A stretch of DNA of 64,000 nt from a virus (Duplodnaviria > Caudoviricetes), in IMG/VR virus record IMGVR_UViG_3300043395_004688. The stretch is one strand, 5' to 3'. Numbering within the stretch: position 1 is the stretch's first letter; every line of letters begins with the position of its first letter. Made by a program: the position numbers and the translations under genes. This document shows positions 43,987 through 54,321 of this stretch, piece by piece. A model generated the notes under the pieces. It had not been told where the DNA came from, searched no databases, and saw only the letters and a program-made list of their open reading frames with translations.

Positions 43987-45051
43987 ATGAAAAAATTACT
44001 CTACTACATTCCACATCGTCTGTATCAGACAAAACCAGACATTGACCCAGCAACAAAATCGTTTGTGCAAATGTTCAATCCTTGGATCAGTTTGCACGAC
44101 CGCACTGGTACATTAAACATTCCAGGTATTGATGTACACAACAATAGTCCAATACCCAATAAGCCCGCTACTGTACCTACATTCAGTGCTGCCAGCTATC
44201 AACGCATTGATGAGTGCATTGAACTTTTTAAAACAAAGAACAAACAAAGACTTGTTGTCTTTTTTAGCGGCGGCATTGATAGTACTCTGATTGTTTCGTT
44301 ACTAATCAGTCATCCCCATTGGGCAGATATTAAAGAATCTGTTTGGTGTGCAGTAAATGAAGATAGTCAAGTTGAAAACAGTGAGTTTTTTAATGAAATT
44401 ATATTGCCCCACTTTGGAACAAGGCTGTTGCCAAGCAATAACTTCTATGGCATTATCAATGATCCGCTAAATCTATGCATAACCGGAGAGTGTGCTGATA
44501 ATTTGTTTGGTAGCTTGACTTTAAAAAGCTATATGGATCGCACAGGAAATTTTGATGCTATCCATGGAAACTGGGAATACGAATCTTTACACTGGTTGCT
44601 AGACAAACAAGAAGACTACCGAGATGAGCGTGAACAAATGCTCTACGACTTAGTTAATGCAGCACCTCTACCCATTGAAACTAATCACGATTTCCTATGG
44701 TGGATTAACTTTACCTGCAAATGGCAAGCAGTTAAGTATCGTCTAAGTATGCATTCTCCTAGCGCCAGAGAAGCAGAGTACATGGCTGGAAATATTGTTA
44801 ACTTTTTTGATACTGTTGCGTATCAAGAATGGGCGTTGTATTCCACAGAACCTAAGGTAGGAGATCGGTGGAATACCTATAAACTACCAGCCAAACAATT
44901 GATCAATGATATCTGGCTGAACGAGCGATACTTTAAGTACAAGACCAAATGGCCTAGCTTGCCCAGCATCACTCGCTACAACAACGCCTGGGGATTTTTG
45001 TGGCAGAACGAAGATGGGTCATTGACTGCCACAAAGTCGTTAAACGACTAA
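43987..45051 (+). CDS. Asparagine-synthetase-like PP-loop ATP pyrophosphatase (no glutaminase domain)
   Basis: VVFFSGGIDST and ITGECADNLFGS. Confidence 0.7.
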   Translation: MKKLLYYIPHRLYQTKPDIDPATKSFVQMFNPWISLHDRTGTLNIPGIDVHNNSPIPNKPATVPTFSAASYQRIDECIELFKTKNKQRLVVFFSGGIDSTLIVSLLISHPHWADIKESVWCAVNEDSQVENSEFFNEIILPHFGTRLLPSNNFYGIINDPLNLCITGECADNLFGSLTLKSYMDRTGNFDAIHGNWEYESLHWLLDKQEDYRDEREQMLYDLVNAAPLPIETNHDFLWWINFTCKWQAVKYRLSMHSPSAREAEYMAGNIVNFFDTVAYQEWALYSTEPKVGDRWNTYKLPAKQLINDIWLNERYFKYKTKWPSLPSITRYNNAWGFLWQNEDGSLTATKSLND

Positions 45052-45705
45052 ATCTTTTGCCATTGGAAAAATTTCAGCAATAACCTGAGCACAAGCTTTG
45101 GCAATTTCTTGGTGCTCTTTCTGAGTTCCATTGGCACTTCTCAGTTCAATAAAGTGAACCCAGCTTCGTAATGTGCCATTCATATACAAGCGACTTTCAA
45201 TAAGTCCTTCGGGCAGTACTGCTCGTGCTTGCTCCTTGGCTATACCGTTAGCGATAGCCCACTCGTACTCTCTTTTTGCAGCAAAGATGACTCGTTGTTG
45301 AGCACGATACCATTCATTTTGTAGCATTGTATCATTCGTTTCAATGCTGTTTTGTCTATTTTTTGTGTCTTGCAGTCTTGCTTCTCTACAAACAAACGAG
45401 AGATCCTGAGTAGGATCAGCATATCGTTGGCTGAACTCTTGGAAGCTAAAGCTTCTGTGTCGAAGGATTTGTCTTGCAATATCTCTTGTAGTAGTGATTT
45501 CCATGCAGGCTGAGACCATTTCGAGTGGTGACCAGTGCTGGTGCTTGATGAGGTATCTGATGAGCTTTTCGGATGTGTCTGTGTTGAATTGGTTGCTAGG
45601 GTTGCTGACACGGGCGCAATACGCAATGAGTTCCTGTGCATCTGTGATGCCTTTGTTGGCAAATTGCTCTGTGGGCTTGGAGTAGCTGAGTAGTTGAACA
45701 TTCAT
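45040..45705 (-). CDS. thyX: Flavin-dependent thymidylate synthase
   Basis: AYCARVS, HWSPLE, RHRSFSFQEFSQR, EQARAVLP, TQKEH. Confidence 0.96.
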   Translation of the reverse strand: MNVQLLSYSKPTEQFANKGITDAQELIAYCARVSNPSNQFNTDTSEKLIRYLIKHQHWSPLEMVSACMEITTTRDIARQILRHRSFSFQEFSQRYADPTQDLSFVCREARLQDTKNRQNSIETNDTMLQNEWYRAQQRVIFAAKREYEWAIANGIAKEQARAVLPEGLIESRLYMNGTLRSWVHFIELRSANGTQKEHQEIAKACAQVIAEIFPMAKDLVV

Positions 45706-46598
45706 TTAGTTTCTCTTTCTTGTTGCTTTTCTAATATAGCATTTTTTCTTAGATTCCACAAGCGTTTTGATTCCTCTACAGGCGCAAATGGCAACATTAA
45801 AATCATGCACGGATCAAACTCATGAGGACGACCGCTTACACTGGTGCCAAAATCAAAACTGCTGGCCTTTTGATGATGATTGTTGTGCCAACCGCTACCC
45901 CAGTGAAAATATCCTAGCCACCATACATTGGTGCTGACATCTCTGTTATCAAAGTTCTTGTAGCCTGCTCGGCTGACATGACCAAAGGTATTGACTAAAC
46001 CATCGGCATGCAAACTCATTAACGCACCAATAACAAAGAACCAAACAGTAAATGTTAGCCCAAACAAAAGATAGCTGATTGCCAATGTGCCGTAGATTAC
46101 CTTGTTGTAATTTTCATGAATAAAGGTAATGCGCCTATCTCTCAGCAAGTCAACTGCATAGCGGAAGCTTACACTACCCTGATCAATGCCAAATTGCCAA
46201 CCCATGTAACTGTGCAGCCAACCATTTTCTACAGGAGTGTGGATGTCTTTTCCGGGTTGATCACTTACACGATGATGATGACCACGATGCAAAGCAGCCC
46301 ACCAAAGAGGGCTTCCTTCGCCAACCATGGTTGCAGCCCAAAGCAAAAAAGGTTCAGCAGCTTTTCTTGGCGTCCACGACTTGTGACTTAACCAGCGATG
46401 CAATGTTAGATTATTGCCAACACCGTCAAGCAAGATCCAGCCACACACGGCCCAAACAGGATACCACCAACTCCAATCTTGCAATGCATAGATCACTGCA
46501 AGAATTGCTGCCACATGATAGGGCAACCAAATAGCAATAATATAAGGCACTTGTTTGGTTTTTAGATACAGCTCTTTTTGTTTAATCAACCAGTTCAT
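45702..46598 (-). CDS. Membrane fatty-acyl desaturase (delta-9-like)
   Basis: His boxes HRWLSH, HRGHH, HNNHH; D.PGKDIHTP; VNTFGH. Confidence 0.9.
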   Translation of the reverse strand: MNWLIKQKELYLKTKQVPYIIAIWLPYHVAAILAVIYALQDWSWWYPVWAVCGWILLDGVGNNLTLHRWLSHKSWTPRKAAEPFLLWAATMVGEGSPLWWAALHRGHHHRVSDQPGKDIHTPVENGWLHSYMGWQFGIDQGSVSFRYAVDLLRDRRITFIHENYNKVIYGTLAISYLLFGLTFTVWFFVIGALMSLHADGLVNTFGHVSRAGYKNFDNRDVSTNVWWLGYFHWGSGWHNNHHQKASSFDFGTSVSGRPHEFDPCMILMLPFAPVEESKRLWNLRKNAILEKQQERETK

Positions 46599-47235
46599 TT
46601 TTTTCCTGCGTACTGTTAGAGTTTGTATTTAATACCTTAGGGTCTGTGTTTTGTCGTCGAAGAATATACCTTCTTAAACTCATATCATGAGGATGCAAAG
46701 TTTGGCCCATTAAAGAATATATAAACCCATACGGACTTCTTTCTTTGGCAGGTACTGTGCATTCAACAAAAGTGTAATATTTTTCACGAAACGGCAACAT
46801 AATTTTACTGTATGCTGATTCTCTCGAACTTGGATAAGTTACAAAAAATTCATTGAAGCCAATAGATTCGTGTAAACAGGCCAACTGTGACATGAGTTCT
46901 CTAAAACATGCTATAAATTTAAAATTGTTACGCGGACTCAAAACCCAAGCCACGGACCAACTTGGCCAATTTTCAAACCTGGTTACTCCTGCGGCTATAA
47001 TATACTTTCCATTGTCATCAACTAATGCAAATGCCTGCCTGATGTTGTGATTAGCAAAAGAACTTGGCAATGTGAAAGCTTTGTAGAATTTTTTTCTTTT
47101 GCCAGCATCATCAATATCTGTTGAAAATCTAAATTCTGGGTATTTGTCTGCGTCTGTATTTTGATATACCAGTTCGGCAAATTCCAGCAGAGACGACAAG
47201 TTGTCTGAGTCAATTTCAATCAAGCGATATGACAT
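46582..47235 (-). CDS. GNAT-fold-like protein (tentative)
   Basis: QAFALVDDNGKYIIAAGV...WSVAWVLS...IGFNEFFVTYP pattern. Confidence 0.4.
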   Translation of the reverse strand: MSYRLIEIDSDNLSSLLEFAELVYQNTDADKYPEFRFSTDIDDAGKRKKFYKAFTLPSSFANHNIRQAFALVDDNGKYIIAAGVTRFENWPSWSVAWVLSPRNNFKFIACFRELMSQLACLHESIGFNEFFVTYPSSRESAYSKIMLPFREKYYTFVECTVPAKERSPYGFIYSLMGQTLHPHDMSLRRYILRRQNTDPKVLNTNSNSTQEKNELVD

Positions 47236-48167
47236 AGTGTCTTTTTTCCATTTAATAAGTTATATCTAAGCTCAAGCGCATCAACTTGGTAAAGCCTGGG
47301 ATTAAATTTACAAGTTGCAACCGAAGCATTGTACTCAACCTGATCCCAAAGGTGCTTGTAGTTTTCTATGCCAAACCATTTGGGCCTCTGACGGAAACTG
47401 TATCCTAGATGGCTGTAAATTTTCATCTTGCTTGATGTCCAACCAAGCTTGCCAGGAATTCTGTCGTTGATTAGATCATCAACTGTTGGTATTTGTAAAA
47501 AAGCCAGCATTGATTCAGGGCTATAAGAATAAAAATTATTCAACGCCGGGATGCCAGTGCGATCGTTGAATCTACGCCAGCAGCCATCTTGATCTTCTTT
47601 TTTTACAAAAACCCATTGGTTAGAAGTATTACCTGTTTTCCAATCCACTGAATAAGATTTTTCAAGTTCTATTTCATCAATGGTAATCATTGGCATTGCA
47701 AATGCTTCAGCAACATCTAATAGCATTTGTTGATAAAGAGTGTATGCTTGATACCTACGACCTACTTCATAGCAGCGACCAGAATAAACAAAATCTTCTA
47801 GATCAAAATTAATAACAGTATATGAGATGTTCATCTCATTTAACATTTTCATCATTGGTCCAATGTCGTGAAGATTTCCTTCGCCATAGAACTTTACTGT
47901 TGCTATTCTTGGAGTTATGCCTGCTGCTAAAAAGCTTCTCAGCGCCATTTCGCAGTCAAGTCCTCCGCTCATAAAAAGTGTTAGGTCAGGGTATTCTTTG
48001 TGTAAGGCGCGAGCAGTTCTAATAAGCTCTGCTCGCAAGCTCATTGGCTTTCGTGTACAAATGCCAATCTCCATAGTGGTAGTGTCAAGGTCGTTGGCTC
48101 TCCAAACCTGCTGCGGATCTTGATTATAATAGTATAACAGGTGATTGTTTTCAGTGTTATTAATCAT
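47220..48167 (-). CDS. PP-loop (adenine nucleotide alpha-hydrolase) protein
   Basis: LTLFMSGGLDCEM (Cys at the usual Ser position); SSKMKIY. Confidence 0.6.
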   Translation of the reverse strand: MINNTENNHLLYYYNQDPQQVWRANDLDTTTMEIGICTRKPMSLRAELIRTARALHKEYPDLTLFMSGGLDCEMALRSFLAAGITPRIATVKFYGEGNLHDIGPMMKMLNEMNISYTVINFDLEDFVYSGRCYEVGRRYQAYTLYQQMLLDVAEAFAMPMITIDEIELEKSYSVDWKTGNTSNQWVFVKKEDQDGCWRRFNDRTGIPALNNFYSYSPESMLAFLQIPTVDDLINDRIPGKLGWTSSKMKIYSHLGYSFRQRPKWFGIENYKHLWDQVEYNASVATCKFNPRLYQVDALELRYNLLNGKKTLCHIA

Positions 48168-48808
48168 GCGCTTACATAAGGACTTGTACGAGCAACTCCG
48201 TACTTTTTGTCAATTTCCAGCACCAGTTCATCAAGGTCAACAATGTAGTTGTTTGACACAGGTTTAATTACTGCCCACTGTGGTGTGTTGAATAAGCGTA
48301 CCATTCGAGGTAATACCACACAGTTATTCCACCAATTGCTCCATACTCGCCCTAATGGTCTGCCTTGACCTGAGCTGATTCTAGCAATAGTACTGTATAT
48401 CCACTTGTTGTAGTTGTTAAAAGAAAGTATCATGCCCTTTTTACATTTTTCCTGGCACCAGTTTAAATTGGCTGCTAACAAGTAATTGCTGACTTCGTTG
48501 TTGAGTCGATAGTCCTTGAGCAGCCAACAACGATTGCCTCCTGAGCCCAATTCAACATGAAGTGTGCTGTGCTCAACGCAACTGACTCCGACAATCTGAT
48601 CACGGTCATATAAAAACGCAATATGACCCTGACCTCGGAACCATCGAAGCCGTTGTTGTGCAATATACATTAGCCCTGCCGGAGCATCATAGCCCATGTT
48701 ACCAAGAGCAGGTGCGTCAGAGGTAGCGATACGATCCAAAAAAACTTGGTAGTCTTTTAAGAAAGGATCAATGTTATCAGAATAAGCTAATTCAACACGC
48801 AGGCTCAT
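48164..48808 (-). CDS. GNAT-fold acetyl/acyltransferase-like protein
   Basis: IAFLYDRDQIVGVSCV, NRCWLLKDYR, GMILSFNNYN. Confidence 0.5.
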   Translation of the reverse strand: MSLRVELAYSDNIDPFLKDYQVFLDRIATSDAPALGNMGYDAPAGLMYIAQQRLRWFRGQGHIAFLYDRDQIVGVSCVEHSTLHVELGSGGNRCWLLKDYRLNNEVSNYLLAANLNWCQEKCKKGMILSFNNYNKWIYSTIARISSGQGRPLGRVWSNWWNNCVVLPRMVRLFNTPQWAVIKPVSNNYIVDLDELVLEIDKKYGVARTSPYVSA

Positions 48809-48822
48809 CCTGTATGTATCAG

Positions 48823-49335
48823 CTAATCTTCGTTGGTGTTTACCAGGCACATGACCAGGTGTATACGATCAATTAAGCTGCCATTCATGGCTGAATGTTC
48901 TTTGGTAGTATCAACCCACCACACGCTGCCATCAGCTGGCAGATGTCTTAGAATTGGTGGATCTGTAAAAATAAATCTTGCTTGACGATGGGTAACAATG
49001 GGAATGTGTACTCTAGGAGTCATGTCTGTGTGAATACTATAACAAGTCCTGGGATACATGGTCATTAGTCTGGCTCTGTATACTTTAAAAGGAAAGCTGG
49101 TTAAAAAGCCTTCCCACCAAGTTCCAACCAGATTAGGATGTAGTTTATCCCACTGGGCTTCGTCTTGCCCTTCGCGTTTTCCAGTTCCAGATTGCCAATC
49201 GTTATCGCCATTGGTTTGCAAAGACAATTGATGCTGATACCGCCCTGTGGTGCTGTCCCAAAGTATACGGTGTGTTTCTTCTTTTAGCTTTTCAATGTCA
49301 ACTTTGAAATCATAGAGTCTAAATCGTCTGTCCAT
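48823..49335 (-). CDS. Aspartyl/asparaginyl beta-hydroxylase-like Fe(II)/2OG dioxygenase
   Basis: RARLM..YPRTCYSIHTD, RVHIPIVT, WVDTTKEHSAMNGS..DRIHLV. Confidence 0.8.
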   Translation of the reverse strand: MDRRFRLYDFKVDIEKLKEETHRILWDSTTGRYQHQLSLQTNGDNDWQSGTGKREGQDEAQWDKLHPNLVGTWWEGFLTSFPFKVYRARLMTMYPRTCYSIHTDMTPRVHIPIVTHRQARFIFTDPPILRHLPADGSVWWVDTTKEHSAMNGSLIDRIHLVMCLVNTNED

Positions 49336-50546
49336 TATACTTTACCTATAGCCATAAAGCGCAGACATTTATTCAATATCAGTTCTCCGCTCCATAGTAT
49401 AGTATTTAATCCAGACGATTCTAAAAACTCCTCAAGGCTGTTATGACAATTTACATGATCTGGTACATCAAACATGTTGTTGCCTTGTAGTACAACCAGT
49501 GTGCCTTTAGGCAAGCTTTTAATCCACTTTCCGTGGTCTTTGAAATGCTCGACGATAGTATCAATCACTATTAGATTTTTGTGTTGTGTAAAATTGTATT
49601 TTTTAATGTCCTTGGCCAAGCTACGATATTTGAATTTGCTTGCGTTGCCAACTAATTTTTCAGCGGCTGGATGTACTGTTTTGTCTAGATCGATGTTGAT
49701 CAGTTCTGGAGTATGTACTAGCTTGTAGAATTCAAAATCAGTTAGAGTCATTAACCAAGGTAAAATTCCAACCCAACCACCAACAACAATAATAGTCTGC
49801 GGCTCTAGTATATTTTTTATTTGAGCCTTAGAGGTTGCACCAGACTCTTGCATTTTTTCCAGTAACCAAAGTTTACTTTGCACTTGATTTCTACTCAGTG
49901 CGTCTTTCCAGTTTAACTCTGGGTTTTCTTCGATTATTTCTGCAAGTAGGCTTATTTGTTTGGCTCGATCTGGATAGTATTTAGAAACTTCTCTAGTAAA
50001 GCAAGACATTGAGTTATCTTCTAAGCACGACAACAAGGTGTCACCTAGAAAAATTTTTATTACTTCAAAAAGTTTAGTAATGTCTTCCTTTGACTCTTTG
50101 ATTTTGCCAAGTACAAAAGGTATTGCTGACAAAGGGTTGTCAAACTCTTTGCTGTTTTCATGCACCCAATCGTGTAGTTCCCAAAAGCGACCTTCTTGTA
50201 TTTCAAGATTATCGGTGTAAGACAAGTTTGTTTGTTGTATTAGCCATGCTGGTACAGGACTCAGCATGATTTCTTTTCCTTCTGACCACTCTCGTGGCAA
50301 ACGAAGATGTTTCAAAAACAAACTATGTACAGTCTGATCAATATGATCGTTCTTGCCTTGACAGTAGTTAACCAATGGCCATAGATTAAGATAATGCTCT
50401 TTTCCTATTTCAACAATTAGCTTAACTAGGTCTTCTTGATCCTGTGTTTCGTACCAACGATGTAAAAAATGCAAGCTTCGACGAAATCCAACGATTTCAT
50501 CTAAGAAGATCAGCATGGAGTTTTTTAATTCAACAGACTTATCCAT
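49335..50546 (-). CDS. Helical N-terminal region plus C-terminal SAM-dependent methyltransferase-like domain
   Basis: IVVGGWVG, NIDLD, IDTIVEHF, VLQGNN...DHVNC. Confidence 0.55.
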   Translation of the reverse strand: MDKSVELKNSMLIFLDEIVGFRRSLHFLHRWYETQDQEDLVKLIVEIGKEHYLNLWPLVNYCQGKNDHIDQTVHSLFLKHLRLPREWSEGKEIMLSPVPAWLIQQTNLSYTDNLEIQEGRFWELHDWVHENSKEFDNPLSAIPFVLGKIKESKEDITKLFEVIKIFLGDTLLSCLEDNSMSCFTREVSKYYPDRAKQISLLAEIIEENPELNWKDALSRNQVQSKLWLLEKMQESGATSKAQIKNILEPQTIIVVGGWVGILPWLMTLTDFEFYKLVHTPELINIDLDKTVHPAAEKLVGNASKFKYRSLAKDIKKYNFTQHKNLIVIDTIVEHFKDHGKWIKSLPKGTLVVLQGNNMFDVPDHVNCHNSLEEFLESSGLNTILWSGELILNKCLRFMAIGKV

Positions 50547-51510
50547 TGAACCAACCATACAGTTTTAGGTTTGTCTGTGCTGCTACATCCTCATTTGTTA
50601 ATTCTTTATTGGGATGAAACTGTAGTCTCTTAATAACTTCGCTGTGGCTAGCATCAAATTCAGGTAGCGCGAAGCCTAAGCCAGCACTGATTGCTTTGCT
50701 CAATTGCTTGCTTGATTTCATAGGATTGTCTTTGCTGTGGCTTTCAAAGAAATCTTTAAACCATTCGTAGTCGCGAATATGCATTGGATCAAAATCATCG
50801 TACTGTAAAAGTTTAACTGCTAAACGAGCACCGTAGATTGTCCACCAGCCGTTCTTAACATCTGCGCCCACAGTCATCCAGGTTAGTAAACGCTGGAAAT
50901 TTGCACCGTGAATTTTATTGGTCCACTGTTCAAATGGCACTGCCTGTCCTTGATCCATGCTTAGTTTGATGCCTTCACGAAAGCCAACTCTAAAGGCCTG
51001 ATAAGGACTGCCATTGGTATATGTGGTTGACCAGCAACCAGACAGCGTTTTGTATTGAGATCCGTCCCAGCAAAAGTCCACAGCATCTCTTTCTGAATCT
51101 GCTGCTTCATGACTACGCATGGTTTCCAAATGAATTCTGCTCCACAGCTTGATTCCACCATTGCCATACATCAACCCATTGGTATGTTGTCTTCCGTTCC
51201 ACGAGTAGCTGATTGGCAATTTAATATCTGCTTGCAATTGCAAATTAAAAAAGTTCAAGTCAACAAGATTATCTGCATCCACTGTTATCACATGGGTGCT
51301 ATTGGGAAAGGCCGCAGCAGCAGCTTTATGTGCGGCATCAAATCCTTTGACTCCGTGTACTCTTCGAACAAGATTACCAGGCCTATTTCTTTGCAGATGC
51401 TCCCAATGTTGATCAGCATTGGGTTCGTCATAGCTTAAAAACGCCACAGGAAATTTACCAAGAGAATGTACTTCCTTGTTAACTAACTTAGCATGATTAA
51501 ACAGTGACAT
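50539..51510 (-). CDS. GT-A fold glycosyltransferase-like paralogue 3
   Basis: FLSYDEPNAD, VITVDADN (DxD), YGNGGIKLW, QAFRVGFREGIKL. Confidence 0.7.
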   Translation of the reverse strand: MSLFNHAKLVNKEVHSLGKFPVAFLSYDEPNADQHWEHLQRNRPGNLVRRVHGVKGFDAAHKAAAAAFPNSTHVITVDADNLVDLNFFNLQLQADIKLPISYSWNGRQHTNGLMYGNGGIKLWSRIHLETMRSHEAADSERDAVDFCWDGSQYKTLSGCWSTTYTNGSPYQAFRVGFREGIKLSMDQGQAVPFEQWTNKIHGANFQRLLTWMTVGADVKNGWWTIYGARLAVKLLQYDDFDPMHIRDYEWFKDFFESHSKDNPMKSSKQLSKAISAGLGFALPEFDASHSEVIKRLQFHPNKELTNEDVAAQTNLKLYGWFNG

Positions 51511-52366
51511 TTTTTTCAAATTCCTTTTCTAGCCACTCCCAGTTGTTGATTAAATCTAACTTTGACGAGTCGCTGTATTTTAAGCCAAATGTTGCTCCGG
51601 CCTGCGCTCCTAGTACTGCGTATTTTCCATTCTTAGCATCCCAGCCGCGTGTACACCAGATCAACTGACGCTGACTTATTTCTTCCATTTCTTCCCAGTA
51701 GTGAAAAATTTCTTTTTGAGATTTATAGTGTTCGGTGATAACTGTGGCACGACTGCGACGATAGTTGTTTTTCTTATTCTGATCCCATTCCTGCGTTGCA
51801 ATATACTTAGACAGTTCTTCTAGCTCTGTTTGTTCTTGCCGACGAATGCTTTTAATTCTATTCTTAATTATGGCCAATGAAGCCATCTTAGCACACTCGC
51901 GAAATGCTCCAATCCAGGCACTTTGTGGTGTGGCATTAAATCTTGTTTCGCAACTGATAGTATCCCTTGTGACTAGTTGAGCTATAGAAGCAGTTACATC
52001 AACACTCCAGGACTTGTTTTCTAAAAATGGTTTTTGAGGGAATACCTTAACTGCACCATATCCGTATTTTAAGTTGTTGACAGGATTGATACTGGGCCAA
52101 ACATGTACACATTCAGACTCCGGTACTCCCCAATGCAGTACTTCATCATTGGGTTCCCAGGCAAAATCAAATCCGTCGACTATCCAAGCGTCAGCATCCA
52201 CTACCCAAAAATTTTCTGTTTTGCTGCGCTCTGCACAAGTACGATGCACATTATAAATTCCAACTACATTATCAATGCGCTGTGCTTGTGGGGCAAATTC
52301 CAGTAGCCGTGCAAAGTTTTCATCAGCACCTTGTTCCAGCATACTAATGAAAAATACATCTAACAA
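51497..52366 (-). CDS. GT-A fold glycosyltransferase-like paralogue 2
   Basis: DVFFISM, WVVDADA, YGYGAVKVF, AWIGAFRECAK. Confidence 0.7.
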   Translation of the reverse strand: MLDVFFISMLEQGADENFARLLEFAPQAQRIDNVVGIYNVHRTCAERSKTENFWVVDADAWIVDGFDFAWEPNDEVLHWGVPESECVHVWPSINPVNNLKYGYGAVKVFPQKPFLENKSWSVDVTASIAQLVTRDTISCETRFNATPQSAWIGAFRECAKMASLAIIKNRIKSIRRQEQTELEELSKYIATQEWDQNKKNNYRRSRATVITEHYKSQKEIFHYWEEMEEISQRQLIWCTRGWDAKNGKYAVLGAQAGATFGLKYSDSSKLDLINNWEWLEKEFEKNVTV

Positions 52367-52369
52367 AGC

Positions 52370-53341
52370 TTACTCCGAAATAAACTGTTCAACATCGCTT
52401 TCCTTGACAGTGGGACCAAGTCGATGTGGGTTAAAGTAACTGGCCTTAAAGAAGCGACTGCCGGCTTCGTCTAGGTCAGCAATTTCAAGACGAAGGTCCT
52501 GACGCATTACTCGTCCTAGCTTTACAGTTTCTGCCATAAGCTTGGTCTTGCTCCAGGAATATTTGCTGACTGGACAGGTCACTTCATCGCCAGCAAATTG
52601 TGGCATGATATCTTCTCTCCAGTATTGGTTGTGCCACTCAAAGTCAGCAACCAGTTTGTAATCCCAGTCTCTGCGAATGTTGGTCAAATAACAACCAAGT
52701 CTTGCGCCGTACATGGCCCATAATCCGTTTGTAACATCTTGTCCAACACTCATCCAGACCAGCAGTCTACGATGATTTTTAAAATTGTTCTTTTCAGCAA
52801 TTTGACGCCAATCCATTGGGCGGCCATCGTGCAATGCCAGCTTTACGCCTTCCCTGAAACCAGCACGATATGCCTGATATGGTGTGGCATTATTAAACAC
52901 ATCGCTGTAGATGTTATTGAGCTGATGGTAATGAATGTCCCAACAGAAGTCTACTGCTCCAGGTCCATTGTCAACGGCTTCGTGTGTACGCATTTGCTCA
53001 ACAACCTTTTTAGGCCAAAGCTTAACGCCACCGTTACCATAGACCAGGCCATTGATAACATTTTTACCCGACCACGACAGTACATCGCTGCGATCAAACT
53101 TGCGTAGATCTAGCTCTAATTCAAAAAAGTCTGGGCGAACCTTGTTGTCTGCATCAATGGTAATAAAGCGTTCAGTTTCTGCCAACTTTGCAGCCGCTTT
53201 ATGGCAAGCATCACTGCCATATACACCATGACTTCTTTTTGCCCAAGGGCATTTTTCTAGTAGATCAGCATAATTCTCATCAGCATTTGGTTCGTCGTAG
53301 CTGATAAAAACTACATCAAATTCACTAATTGGGGTTTTCAC
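52370..53341 (-). CDS. GT-A fold glycosyltransferase-like paralogue 1
   Basis: DVVFISYDEPNADEN, FITIDADN, YGNGGVKLW, QAYRAGFREGVKL. Confidence 0.7.
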   Translation of the reverse strand: MKTPISEFDVVFISYDEPNADENYADLLEKCPWAKRSHGVYGSDACHKAAAKLAETERFITIDADNKVRPDFFELELDLRKFDRSDVLSWSGKNVINGLVYGNGGVKLWPKKVVEQMRTHEAVDNGPGAVDFCWDIHYHQLNNIYSDVFNNATPYQAYRAGFREGVKLALHDGRPMDWRQIAEKNNFKNHRRLLVWMSVGQDVTNGLWAMYGARLGCYLTNIRRDWDYKLVADFEWHNQYWREDIMPQFAGDEVTCPVSKYSWSKTKLMAETVKLGRVMRQDLRLEIADLDEAGSRFFKASYFNPHRLGPTVKESDVEQFISE

Positions 53342-54321
53342 GGAAGAACTCCTATATCAATATTATTAGCCTTATATAACGCCGAAGGCGGTTGCTTGTG
53401 TGACCAATCTGGTAACACTTCAAACGGCTGTGATTGTCTTAGCAATAGCGCAGGTAGCCAGGCCCAGGAAACAAATGACTCTAAGTCTGTTCCATTGACC
53501 ACTGCAATCTGTAAATGTCCTTTGAGCTGGTCAATGGCACCACCAGGCTGGTAATGACTCTGCGCCCATAGTACACCATCCCTAACAAACAGCGACACAT
53601 GTTTACCTGGTCCAATGTGACTCATTACTGTCTGATCATCAATGATGCCAGTAAACTCTGAGTATTGGGTAAGTCTAGTAAAGAACAACGAATGCGCCAC
53701 TGCTGGCAAGTTAATTCTAATCTTTTGTCCTTGGTATAGTATGCGAGTTACAATTTGATGATCAATAAACGACCAAAGTCTAGTTTCCCAAAAGCCGCGT
53801 TCAACAATATCGTTTAATTTAATCTCTGAGAACCCTAACAGTTGGTGAGGATCTTCAATGTCAGTGATAAAAAGCGGAATGGTTTCTGTTGTACTTTCGC
53901 GCGATAACATTTCTTTAGCGCCACTGGCCCACATGCGAGATGCTTCAACCCTGAGCATACCATTTTCATTGAACAACAGAGCTCTAAGATCCGAATCAAT
54001 ATCACCTTGATATTCGCCAATGGTTAACCAGCCGTGACTGCGCTGTTTCTTCTTGGTAACAATGGGTTTTGGTTCTCGAACATCAATGAGGTCTAATGCG
54101 CCAATTGCTTCGTTGAATCCAACTCTAAAATTGGCTTGATTTTTAGTACCTTCTAAGATTGAGCGTACCTTAGCAAATGAAAGCGTTAAACGATCTGTAG
54201 CTGTGCTGGAGCCAGGTTCAATTCCAATGATCTGGCCGGTGTGAATATTATATTGAACTGACCAAATTTCATTGCGTTTTCGTTCTCTCCGACGAAGTTC
54301 AAATTGAATACCTGTGCTCAT
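53338..54321 (-). CDS. Hypothetical protein
   Basis: ATGA overlap; beta-rich ORF. Confidence 0.6.
   Translation of the reverse strand: MSTGIQFELRRRERKRNEIWSVQYNIHTGQIIGIEPGSSTATDRLTLSFAKVRSILEGTKNQANFRVGFNEAIGALDLIDVREPKPIVTKKKQRSHGWLTIGEYQGDIDSDLRALLFNENGMLRVEASRMWASGAKEMLSRESTTETIPLFITDIEDPHQLLGFSEIKLNDIVERGFWETRLWSFIDHQIVTRILYQGQKIRINLPAVAHSLFFTRLTQYSEFTGIIDDQTVMSHIGPGKHVSLFVRDGVLWAQSHYQPGGAIDQLKGHLQIAVVNGTDLESFVSWAWLPALLLRQSQPFEVLPDWSHKQPPSALYKANNIDIGVLP

Noticed and set aside
43987-48167. queC
   Set aside because: SGGxD is present, but the QueC C-terminal zinc Cys cluster is missing, and 43987 has the Asn-synthetase-type GxxAD motif.
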